A stretch of DNA of 32,000 nucleotides, taken from positions 360,001-392,000 of the forward strand of contig NZ_CP047960.1 in the NCBI RefSeq assembly GCF_014280195.1, in the 5' to 3' direction. This document shows, one piece after another, positions 25,125 through 32,000 of the stretch (its first letter is position 1; every line of letters starts with the position of its first letter). The notes under the pieces were generated by a model. It saw only the letters and a program-made list of their open reading frames with translations. It did no database searches and had not been told where the DNA came from. The position numbers were made by a program, and so were the translations under genes. The stretch is from Synechococcus sp. A15-24 (lineage in GTDB: Bacteria > Cyanobacteriota > Cyanobacteriia > PCC-6307 > Cyanobiaceae).

Positions 25125-25657
25125 CGGGAGCTCTCCAATGGCGGCGTGTTGAGGGCCTGGCCGGCCGCACGATCCGGCTCAAGCACTTCGCTGAGATCGA
25201 GCAGTTCCACCCGCCACTGGCCCTGATCGGCCACCTGCAGGGCCAGGCGGCGGGCATCCGGCGCCAGGCTCAGGCGCACTGGATCCCGTCCACCGGGCAG
25301 TGGCAAGGGATGCAGCCGGCCATTGAGGCGGTCCAGCACCACCGCCAGCCGACGTTTGCCGCGTTGGGTGATCAAGGCCAGGTAGCGGCCGTTCCAGCTC
25401 AGGGAAGGTGAGCTATGGGGCTGATGGCGCCGCAATTGCGGCACCGGCCGGATGCTGCCGTCCTCTCCGCGCAGTTGCACCGTGGGGCGACCCTGGATAT
25501 GGCTGATCACCGCCAGCAGGCGCCCGTCGCCACTGAGGGCGGGATCCTCCTGGCTGCGGTCGATCCAACCGGTTGCCGCTCGCTCAACCCGGCCGCTGCA
25601 ACCCAGCAGGCTCGTGGCCAGCAGGAGCAGCAGCAGCGGCGATCGGACTGATGTCAG
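25121..25657 (-). CDS. paralogous PD40-repeat lipoprotein, apparently CTG-initiated
   Basis: The track ORF starts at GTG 25510. The same frame is open upstream and encodes a complete lipoprotein signal peptide (L/M)TSVRSPLLLLLLATSLLGCSG, paralleling the neighbour. The only start-like codon is CTG at 25655-25657, overlapping the ycf66 stop (CTGA). Confidence 0.5.
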   Translation of the reverse strand: MTSVRSPLLLLLLATSLLGCSGRVERAATGWIDRSQEDPALSGDGRLLAVISHIQGRPTVQLRGEDGSIRPVPQLRRHQPHSSPSLSWNGRYLALITQRGKRRLAVVLDRLNGRLHPLPLPGGRDPVRLSLAPDARRLALQVADQGQWRVELLDLSEVLEPDRAAGQALNTPPLESSR

Positions 25658-26556
25658 TCGTCGAAGCGGGAACTGTTGTCCCGGGGGCGAGATGTTGATC
25701 CGCTGCTGCGGGAACTTCGGGGGGCCGGGCGATTGCTGGCACTCTCTGGACGCCCTGAAGGTCTTTCGGACGTTGCTGTTCTTTTGGCACTGAAGGCAGC
25801 ATCTTCAGCAGCGGGACGGTTGGGTTGAGCCGCAGTGCTGATTCGGGTCTCGGTCTCGGGTGCTGACTCGACGGCACTACGTCCCGCGGGTCTGCTGCCG
25901 CGGCGCTGGTCCTGTCGCTGGGTACGACGGTCACCAAAGTCGGAAGGTTTCTCCTGTGGCTCATCACCAGCCCGGAAACGGGCCATGCGGCGAGACCGTT
26001 CATCGTCTTGACGGGCCCAGCGTTCTTCGGGGCGTTCGTCATCACGACCACGGCGGCTTTCAGCCTGTTCCGGAATGGCAGCGCGGGAGGTGGAGGTACG
26101 ACGCGGTCGGTAGCTCTCGTCCACCGGCTCCTCCTCGAAGCGCTCCTCACGTCCGCTGAAACGCCTGCGCAGCGGTTGGGGTTCGTCAAAGCGGTCGTAT
26201 CCATCGTCCCAGCCACCTCTTAAGCCCCCCGGTGCCTCCCGTGGTGGTGCTGGTTCGTCATCGAAATAGGCGGACCGTCGGGCTTGTTCCGTTGCCACAC
26301 CGCGCAGGCGAACGCTTTCGTACGCGAAAAACACGGTGGTTCCCGCGAGTAGGAACTGGCCAAACTGAAGAATTGGATCAAGGCGCCAACCCTGGAAGAA
26401 CAGGATGCCTCCGCACAGCAGACCGATGGCTGCAAAGAAAACGTCGTAATCCCGCGCCAAGGCAGGCTTGAACGAGCGCATGAAGTACAGCATCGCCCCA
26501 CCAACGGCCAGCACGATGCCGACGATGCTGGCCCAATTCAGACTGGCGTTAACCAA
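25654..26556 (-). CDS. ycf66: Ycf66-family membrane protein with a long charged low-complexity tail
   Basis: N-terminus (M)VNASLNWASIVGIVLAVGGAMLYFMRSFKPALARDYDVFFAAIGLLCGGILFFQGWRLDPILQFGQFLL is typical Ycf66. TTG start. About 200 aa of R/E/D/P/S-rich tail. Confidence 0.8.
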   Translation of the reverse strand: MVNASLNWASIVGIVLAVGGAMLYFMRSFKPALARDYDVFFAAIGLLCGGILFFQGWRLDPILQFGQFLLAGTTVFFAYESVRLRGVATEQARRSAYFDDEPAPPREAPGGLRGGWDDGYDRFDEPQPLRRRFSGREERFEEEPVDESYRPRRTSTSRAAIPEQAESRRGRDDERPEERWARQDDERSRRMARFRAGDEPQEKPSDFGDRRTQRQDQRRGSRPAGRSAVESAPETETRISTAAQPNRPAAEDAAFSAKRTATSERPSGRPESASNRPAPRSSRSSGSTSRPRDNSSRFDD

Positions 26557-26605
26557 TGAAGCGCCTCCTCAAGACTTTCAGTTTACGAGGGGCGCCAGGG
26601 TTGGG

Positions 26606-26728
26606 TCAGAGCTTGCGATCGAGGCGGTCGGTCTGGCTGATCAGGATCAGGCCGATGGTGGCGGGGACCACAACGATCAAACCTCCCCACACGAGGCTGC
26701 TCAGGAAGTTGGAGAGGGAGGGGGTCAT
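26606..26728 (-). CDS. psbX: photosystem II protein PsbX (40 aa, below the ORF-track cutoff)
   Basis: [40 protein letters not shown]. The MTPSL..F start and ..ISQ.D.. end match PsbX. Confidence 0.8.
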   Translation of the reverse strand: MTPSLSNFLSSLVWGGLIVVVPATIGLILISQTDRLDRKL

Positions 26729-26807
26729 GGCGTCGGAGCCGTCGAGTTCTATGCCACAAAGATCCTAGGGATCAAGACCCGCTTTCTACGATGCCGGTCC
26801 CAATGCT

Positions 26808-27137
26808 TTGAGCTTTGTGACGCCCTCGCTGCTTCAGGTGCTTCCCGTCGTTCATCTGGTCCTGGGGTTGCTGCTGGCGGCGCTGACCCTGGCGTTCCTG
26901 CTGCGGATCGTGCTCACCTGGTATCCCCAGGTGGACCTGAAGCAAGGTGCCTGGCCCTTGATTGCCTGGCCCACCGAGCCGGTGCTGTCACTCACCCGTC
27001 GGGTTGTGGCCCCGATCGGCGGAGTTGATGTCACCCCGGTGATCTGGGTTGGATTTTTGAGCCTGCTGAGGGAGCTGCTCGTGGGGCAGCAGGGACTGCT
27101 CTCCCAGGCACTGATGCGCTCTCAGGCGATCAGTTGA
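26808..27137 (+). CDS. yggT: YggT/Ycf19-family membrane protein
   Basis: [13 protein letters not shown]...[26 protein letters not shown] is the YGGT repeat signature. Start is TTG at 26808 or GTG at 26817. Confidence 0.8.
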   Translation: MSFVTPSLLQVLPVVHLVLGLLLAALTLAFLLRIVLTWYPQVDLKQGAWPLIAWPTEPVLSLTRRVVAPIGGVDVTPVIWVGFLSLLRELLVGQQGLLSQALMRSQAIS

Positions 27138-28476
27138 GCATGTCCTGCTCGACGAACTTGGTGTGGACGTCGCCGTTAATGAACTCCGGGCGATCCAGCA
27201 GGGCCAAGTGGAATTCCACCGTGGTGGGAATCCCGGTGACGGCGCATTCATTAAGGGCACGTTTCATCCGCGACAACGCCATCTCGCGGTTGCGACCCCA
27301 GACGATCACCTTGCCGATCAGCGAGTCGTAGAAGGGCGGGATGTCGTAGCCGGTGTACACGTGGCTGTCGACACGGACACCCGGACCACCCGGAGGCAAC
27401 CAGCCGGTGATGCGCCCAGGTGCCGGTCGGAAATTGTGGGTGGCGTCTTCGGCATTGATCCGGCATTCGATCGCATGGCCGGAGAGGTTGATCTCTTCCT
27501 GCTGAACGCTGATGGGCTCGCCACCGGCAATGCGCAGTTGCTCGGCGATCAGGTCGATCCCTGTCACCATCTCCGTGACCGGATGCTCCACCTGGATGCG
27601 GGTGTTCATCTCCATGAAATAGAACCCACCGCTGCGGTCGAGCAGGAACTCGACAGTGCCAGCGCCTTCGTAGTTGATGCTTCGGGCTGCGGCCACGGCC
27701 GCTTCGCCCATGCGACGGCGTAGATCAGGATCCAGGGCCGGGCTGGGGGCTTCCTCCAGCAGTTTCTGGTGGCGTCGCTGAATCGAGCAGTCCCGTTCGC
27801 CGAGGTGAACGACATTGCCGTGGCGATCCGCAAGCACCTGCACTTCCACGTGCCGGGGGCGATCAATGAATTTCTCCATGTACAGCCCGGGATTGCCGAA
27901 GGCGGCTTCCGCCTCGCCCTGGGCGGCCTTGAACAGATTGTTCAGCTGGTCCGGGCTCTGCACCAGACGCATGCCACGACCTCCGCCGCCGGCGGTGGCT
28001 TTGATCATCACGGGATACCCCATCTGCTCCGCCAGCACGGCGGCATCCTGTGGTCCTGCCAGCAATCCCTCGCTGCCGGGAACGGTTGGAACGCCCACCG
28101 CCTGCATGGTGGCCTTGGCGGTGGATTTGTCCCCCATGGAGCGGATCGCGTGGGGGGAAGGACCGATGAAGGTCAGGCCGTGGTCGCCGCACATCTCGGC
28201 GAATTTGTCGTTTTCAGCCAGGAAGCCGTAACCGGGATGGATCGCGTCAACCCCGCGGGAGGTGGCGGCGGCCAGGATGTTGGGAACGTTGAGATAGCTC
28301 TTGCTGCTCAGGGCGTCGCCGACGCAGACCGCTTCATCGGCCAGCTGAACATGAAGCGCGTCCTTATCGACCGTGCTGTACACGGTCACGGTGGCGATGC
28401 CGAGTTCGCGGCAACTGCGCAGGATCCGGAGGGCGATTTCGCCGCGGTTGGCGATCAGCACTTTGCCGATGGGCAT
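27130..28476 (-). CDS. accC: acetyl-CoA carboxylase biotin carboxylase subunit
   Basis: 448 aa. [19 protein letters not shown]-grasp [22 protein letters not shown]. Confidence 0.97.
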   Translation of the reverse strand: MPIGKVLIANRGEIALRILRSCRELGIATVTVYSTVDKDALHVQLADEAVCVGDALSSKSYLNVPNILAAATSRGVDAIHPGYGFLAENDKFAEMCGDHGLTFIGPSPHAIRSMGDKSTAKATMQAVGVPTVPGSEGLLAGPQDAAVLAEQMGYPVMIKATAGGGGRGMRLVQSPDQLNNLFKAAQGEAEAAFGNPGLYMEKFIDRPRHVEVQVLADRHGNVVHLGERDCSIQRRHQKLLEEAPSPALDPDLRRRMGEAAVAAARSINYEGAGTVEFLLDRSGGFYFMEMNTRIQVEHPVTEMVTGIDLIAEQLRIAGGEPISVQQEEINLSGHAIECRINAEDATHNFRPAPGRITGWLPPGGPGVRVDSHVYTGYDIPPFYDSLIGKVIVWGRNREMALSRMKRALNECAVTGIPTTVEFHLALLDRPEFINGDVHTKFVEQDMLN

Positions 28477-28594
28477 CCCGCAGCAGTTCAGGCCTGATGG
28501 CGGATCGTATCAGCGACGACCGGGATGGTCTGGGCCCTGACCCCCGGTCGGTATGATCACTCCTCGACAAAGCCCGAGCGGCTGAGTCGACCAC

Positions 28595-28676
28595 GCGGAT
28601 GTGGTGGAATTGGTAGACACGCACGTTTGAGGGGCGTGTGGCTTCGGCCTTGCGAGTTCAAGTCTCGCCATCCGCA
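28595..28676 (+). tRNA. tRNA-Leu (anticodon GAG)
   Basis: GCGGATG acceptor pairs with CATCCGC plus discriminator A. D arm GTGGAATTGGTAGACAC. Anticodon stem CACGT/GCGTG with loop TTGAGGG (GAG). Long variable arm GGCTTCGGCC. T arm GCGAG-TTCAAGT-CTCGC. CCA not encoded. Confidence 0.9.
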
Positions 28677-28686
28677 CTCCATTCCC

Positions 28687-29958
28687 TTGGCCAGACCTGC
28701 GACCGACGATCCCGGGCCTGCCGTTGTCATTGTCACCAACGGACCAGGAGAACTGACGACCTGGGTGCGTCCGTTGGCAGAACGCCTTCACGCCACCCTC
28801 CCCCTGAGGCCGAGAACGTCGGGAACTGCCGCGAGCCTGCAGTTGGTACTGGTGCCCTGTCCCAATGCCACCGGTCAGGAACGGGCGGCGGCCGAGCCCT
28901 GGAACCTGTTTGAACGCATCACCCCGGCGGCGCGGTTCTGGGACCTGCTGCTGCGACCTGGGCGCTACGGCCCCTGGCCTCAGCGAGGGGTTGTGGTGTT
29001 CCTGGGAGGCGATCAGTTCTGGACGGTGCTGCTGTCGGCACGTCTGGGGTATCAACACATCACCTATGCGGAGTGGGTGGCGCGCTGGCCCGGTTGGAAC
29101 GATCGGGTGGCCGCGATGTCGGAGGCGGTGCTGCAGCAGCTGCCCCGCCGCTTCCAGCCCCGCTGCCGGGTGGTGGGTGATCTGATGGCGGATCTATCCA
29201 CGTTTGCTCGGCAGGCCACCCCGTTGCCGGAGGGGCAATGGATCGGTTTGCTGCCGGGCTCCAAGCCGGCGAAGTTGAGCATCGGCATGCCGTTTCTGCT
29301 GGAGACGGCGGATCGCCTGGCGCAGCGGCGTCCCGGTTGCCGCTTCCTGTTGCCGGTGGCGCCGACCACCAACCTGGGGGAGTTACTGCGTTTTGCCGGA
29401 GAGGCCAATCCCATTGCCCGCGCTTACAGCGGTGCCGTGGTGGATGTCAGCGATGGGGTGCTGCGGACCCAGGCCGGCACTTGCATCCACCTCATTGAGC
29501 AGCACCCTGCCCACGGTCCCCTCAGCCAGTGTCAATTGGCCCTGACCACCGTTGGCGCCAACACGGCGGAACTGGGAGCACTGGGGGTGCCGATGATCGT
29601 GATCGTGCCGACCCAACACCTGGAGGTGATGCAGGCCTGGGATGGAGGCCTGGGTCTGCTGGCCCGTCTGCCCGGTCTGCGGCGGATCATCGGTGTGTTG
29701 CTCTCCCTCTGGCGGCTGCGCAACAACGGATGGATGGCCTGGCCCAACATCAGTGCCGGTCGGGCGGTGGTGCCCGAACGGGTCGGGGCCATCACACCCC
29801 AGCAGATCGCAGCGGAAGCAGCGGAATGGCTGGCAGCACCGGAGCGATTGCAAGGCCAGCGCGCTGACCTTCAGGCTTTGCGAGGCCGACCCGGTGCTGT
29901 TTCGGCTCTGGCGGAGGAGGTGCGCCAGTTGCTGCCTCGCCAGTTGGACTCTGCCTAG
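28687..29958 (+). CDS. lipid-A-disaccharide synthase-related (LpxB-like) conserved cyanobacterial protein
   Basis: The track ORF 28525..29958 runs through the tRNA, so the real start must be downstream. The first in-frame start is TTG at 28687 (423 aa). VVIVTNGPGELTTWVRPL...GGDQFW...GLLPGSK...TVGANTAELGALGVPMIV resembles LpxB-type glycosyltransferases. Confidence 0.65.
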   Translation: MARPATDDPGPAVVIVTNGPGELTTWVRPLAERLHATLPLRPRTSGTAASLQLVLVPCPNATGQERAAAEPWNLFERITPAARFWDLLLRPGRYGPWPQRGVVVFLGGDQFWTVLLSARLGYQHITYAEWVARWPGWNDRVAAMSEAVLQQLPRRFQPRCRVVGDLMADLSTFARQATPLPEGQWIGLLPGSKPAKLSIGMPFLLETADRLAQRRPGCRFLLPVAPTTNLGELLRFAGEANPIARAYSGAVVDVSDGVLRTQAGTCIHLIEQHPAHGPLSQCQLALTTVGANTAELGALGVPMIVIVPTQHLEVMQAWDGGLGLLARLPGLRRIIGVLLSLWRLRNNGWMAWPNISAGRAVVPERVGAITPQQIAAEAAEWLAAPERLQGQRADLQALRGRPGAVSALAEEVRQLLPRQLDSA

Positions 29959-29988
29959 GGTTTGACAGCTTTTTGCCTGAGGTGTCCG

Positions 29989-30384
29989 ATGTCCGAGCGG
30001 ATCGAACGCTCCCCTGAGGAGTGGAAGCAGACGCTTTCTCCGGAGCAGTTTCAGGTGGCCCGCTGCGGTGGCACCGAACGGGCCTTTACAGGGGCTTACT
30101 GGAACAAGAAAGACAGCGGCACGTACCACTGCGTCTGCTGCGACGCACCGCTGTTCAGCTCGCAGACCAAGTTTGAGTCGGGCACCGGCTGGCCCAGCTT
30201 CTGGGATGGGGTTTCCTCGGAGGCCATCACCACCAAGCAGGACCTGAGCCACGGCATGGTGCGCGTGGAGATCAACTGCGCCCGCTGCGATGCCCACCTC
30301 GGGCATGTCTTTCCCGATGGGCCCGCTCCCACCGGTCAGCGTTACTGCGTCAACAGTGCCTCGCTGGATTTCAAGGCCAGTTGA
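29989..30384 (+). CDS. msrB: peptide-methionine (R)-S-oxide reductase MsrB
   Basis: SelR domain: [27 protein letters not shown] and [16 protein letters not shown]...RYCVNS. ATG at 29989 ([12 protein letters not shown]) is preferred to the upstream TTG. Confidence 0.9.
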   Translation: MSERIERSPEEWKQTLSPEQFQVARCGGTERAFTGAYWNKKDSGTYHCVCCDAPLFSSQTKFESGTGWPSFWDGVSSEAITTKQDLSHGMVRVEINCARCDAHLGHVFPDGPAPTGQRYCVNSASLDFKAS

Positions 30385-30387
30385 ACC

Positions 30388-30693
30388 TCAGGGCTGCCAG
30401 TGCAGCTGCCCGGTGCCGCCGTTGCAGTAGTTGGTGGCCTTGTTGCGTTCACTGACGCGCACGTCCTGACGGATCTGGCCATCGCTGAGACGATGGCCAC
30501 TGAGGACCTGGCGGTAGCGCTGTTCCACGCAGCGTTCCAACCCATCGGGCTTGGCAAAGCTGTAAGCAATCAGGCTGAGCAGAATCAAAACTCCGCCGCG
30601 GTACAGCCAGGTCCAGGGCTTGTGCCCTGTTGGCGTGGGGGCAGGGACCGCACGCAGACGCCGCTCAGGTCGTCGGACTGGCGGAGACGTCAC
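30388..30693 (-). CDS. hypothetical membrane-anchored protein
   Basis: 101-aa ORF with one hydrophobic segment (WLYRGGVLILLSLIAYSF). Host-like codon bias. No motif recognised. Confidence 0.4.
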   Translation of the reverse strand: MTSPPVRRPERRLRAVPAPTPTGHKPWTWLYRGGVLILLSLIAYSFAKPDGLERCVEQRYRQVLSGHRLSDGQIRQDVRVSERNKATNYCNGGTGQLHWQP

Positions 30694-30730
30694 GCAGGTG
30701 TTGGGTGATCACCCGCGAATTACACCGTCC

Positions 30731-31738
30731 TCACCAGGGGTCGTCGAGGTCGTCGTCAGCAGCTGTCGGCCGGCTGCGGCGCTGCGGTTGTTCGCGATCC
30801 ATCTGTTCCCTTGCCATGGGTTCACCATCCATGGGTTCAACATCCATGGGTTCAACATCCATGGGTTCACGCTCGGGTGGCATGACGCGGCGCGACACCG
30901 GCATCGAGCGGCGCGGCAGCGGATACGGATCCTCAGGCTCCTGATCGAGATAAAGGCGCTGAGGCATCTCGTCGCGGCGCCGCTCCTCCAGCTCCACGTA
31001 TTCCATGTCCTCCTCCGGCTCGAAGCGGGCGGTCTCGGCAGCGGTCAGCCGCCGTTGTTCCTCCTCCACCGGCTGGCCGGAGCTCAACTGGTTCTCCACC
31101 GGCACCAAATTGACGCGATAGCGCTCCCGCTCCTGCTCCTCCCAGCTCGGTCCACCGACCCCAAGCTTCTCCAGAACGCCGCTGTTGAGCTGCTTGAGTT
31201 TGTCTTCGGCGCCCTCGTAAACAATGATCCGATCCGGGCCGCTGCTGACGATCTCCTCCACCGGCATTTCCCAGGTGCTGAGAACGCCTTCCCCCAGCAG
31301 GGGCACCCCCAGGGCACCCATCACCAGGGTGGTGAGTTCACCGGTTTCAATATCGAAGGCGAAACCGAGCACCCGGCCGAGCTGCCGGCCGGATTCGGTG
31401 ATTACCTGGCAATTGATCACTCGGCTGTAGCGCTCAGGATTGAAGCCGTCGCTCAGGGAATCGGCCGAATCCACCAGGATCACATCCCCCACCTGACGGA
31501 TGCGGTCCAGCGGCATCCAGCGGGGTAGACCCGGAAGAAAGCGGGTCAAGCGGTTGTCACGCAGTCCGACGGCCACTACTTCGCGGCGGTCGATGTCGAC
31601 GATTACCTCGCCGACGACCCCCAGTCGCCGGCCTGTGTCGCGGGTGATCACCTGCGTTCCCATCAGCTCCGAGCGCAACCACAGGCGGTCGCTGGGCACC
31701 CCGGTCTGGGCGTCGTTCGCGGGAGGGGTCAGACTCAT
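30731..31738 (-). CDS. PRC-barrel domain protein (two barrels) with an acidic repeat-containing tail
   Basis: Two PRC-like units: GTQVITRDTGRRLGVVGEVIVDIDRREVVAVGL and NCQVITESGRQLGRVLGFAFDIETGELTTLVMG. C-terminal EPMDVEPMDVEPMDGEPMAREQMDRE. Confidence 0.75.
   Translation of the reverse strand: MSLTPPANDAQTGVPSDRLWLRSELMGTQVITRDTGRRLGVVGEVIVDIDRREVVAVGLRDNRLTRFLPGLPRWMPLDRIRQVGDVILVDSADSLSDGFNPERYSRVINCQVITESGRQLGRVLGFAFDIETGELTTLVMGALGVPLLGEGVLSTWEMPVEEIVSSGPDRIIVYEGAEDKLKQLNSGVLEKLGVGGPSWEEQERERYRVNLVPVENQLSSGQPVEEEQRRLTAAETARFEPEEDMEYVELEERRRDEMPQRLYLDQEPEDPYPLPRRSMPVSRRVMPPEREPMDVEPMDVEPMDGEPMAREQMDREQPQRRSRPTAADDDLDDPW
30814..30873. repeat. 15-bp tandem repeat x4 (CCATGGGTTCAMCAT) inside the PRC-barrel gene
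   Basis: 30814-30828, 30829-30843 and 30844-30858 are near identical, and 30859-30873 is partly diverged. Encodes (EPMDV)n on the minus strand. In frame (unit = 5 codons). Confidence 0.9.
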
Positions 31739-31774
31739 CGCGTCATTGTGACGTAGGGCTTCTGCTCTGCCAGT

Positions 31775-32000
31775 TCAGGCGGCATCGGGAAGTCCGACCA
31801 CCTGGGTGTGTGCGCCGCGGGCCTGGGTCACTCCGATGGTCCGTTCCGCCGCCGCAATCATCGGTCGACGGTGGCTCACCACCATGAACTGGGCCTGTTC
31901 GGCCTGGGTGGCGATCAGAGCGGCCAGGCGCTCCACATTCACGCCATCAAGAAAGCTGTCCACCTCATCTAGGGCATAGAAGGGGGAGGGGCGGAAACGC
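31775..32000 (-). CDS. smc: chromosome segregation protein SMC, C-terminal end (gene continues past the right edge)
   Basis: Reverse translation to the window edge gives [59 protein letters not shown]. This is the SMC Walker B / D-loop region. Confidence 0.85.
   Translation of the reverse strand, partial: RFRPSPFYALDEVDSFLDGVNVERLAALIATQAEQAQFMVVSHRRPMIAAAERTIGVTQARGAHTQVVGLPDAA

Noticed and set aside
25654-26250. The about 200-aa R/E/D/S/P-rich tail of Ycf66, considered as a separate feature or a repeat array.
   Set aside because: No exact nucleotide periodicity is visible. It reads as a continuous disordered extension of the same ORF, so it is not reported separately.
28525-28686. N-terminal 54 codons of track ORF 28525..29958.
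   Set aside because: This part of the ORF runs straight through the tRNA-Leu gene (28595-28676). The protein most likely starts at TTG 28687.

Overview
High-GC cyanobacterial chromosome segment whose gene content resembles the core genome of marine Synechococcus/Cyanobium. Core genes: cpcG with a CpcS-type bilin lyase, sufR / ftrC-sufBCDS, S9 peptidase, def, HIT, fused ABC transporter, HLIP, ycf66, psbX, yggT/ycf19, accC, tRNA-Leu(GAG), LpxB-like, msrB, PRC-barrel protein and smc (partial). Three accessory patches interrupt this core. (1) 17.5-21.9 kb is a degraded integrative island. A TTG-start large serine recombinase sits about 45 nt inside a junction that cuts comM after about 35 codons. 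Its cargo is a 3'-truncated orphan type I hsdM, two diverged Yfr2-like sRNA modules each preceded by one arm of a perfect 20-bp inverted repeat, DUF3104 gene debris, a codon-biased 33-aa hydrophobic peptide gene, and an unusual density of intrinsic terminators. (2) 11.2-13.6 kb is an AT-richer single-gene insert encoding a 10-repeat RCC1-like propeller with C-terminal RTX repeats. (3) 0.6-2.0 kb is a two-HKD phospholipase-D gene split by a 1-nt frameshift. I cannot show from sequence alone that any of this is a new defence or other system. The most promising unexplained structure is the sRNA / inverted-repeat / small-peptide cluster beside the recombinase. Many long ORFs in the supplied track are antisense shadows of real genes in this GC-rich DNA. 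Several conserved genes appear to start at GTG/TTG, and one apparently at CTG. Family names come from my recognition of motifs and were not confirmed by any search.
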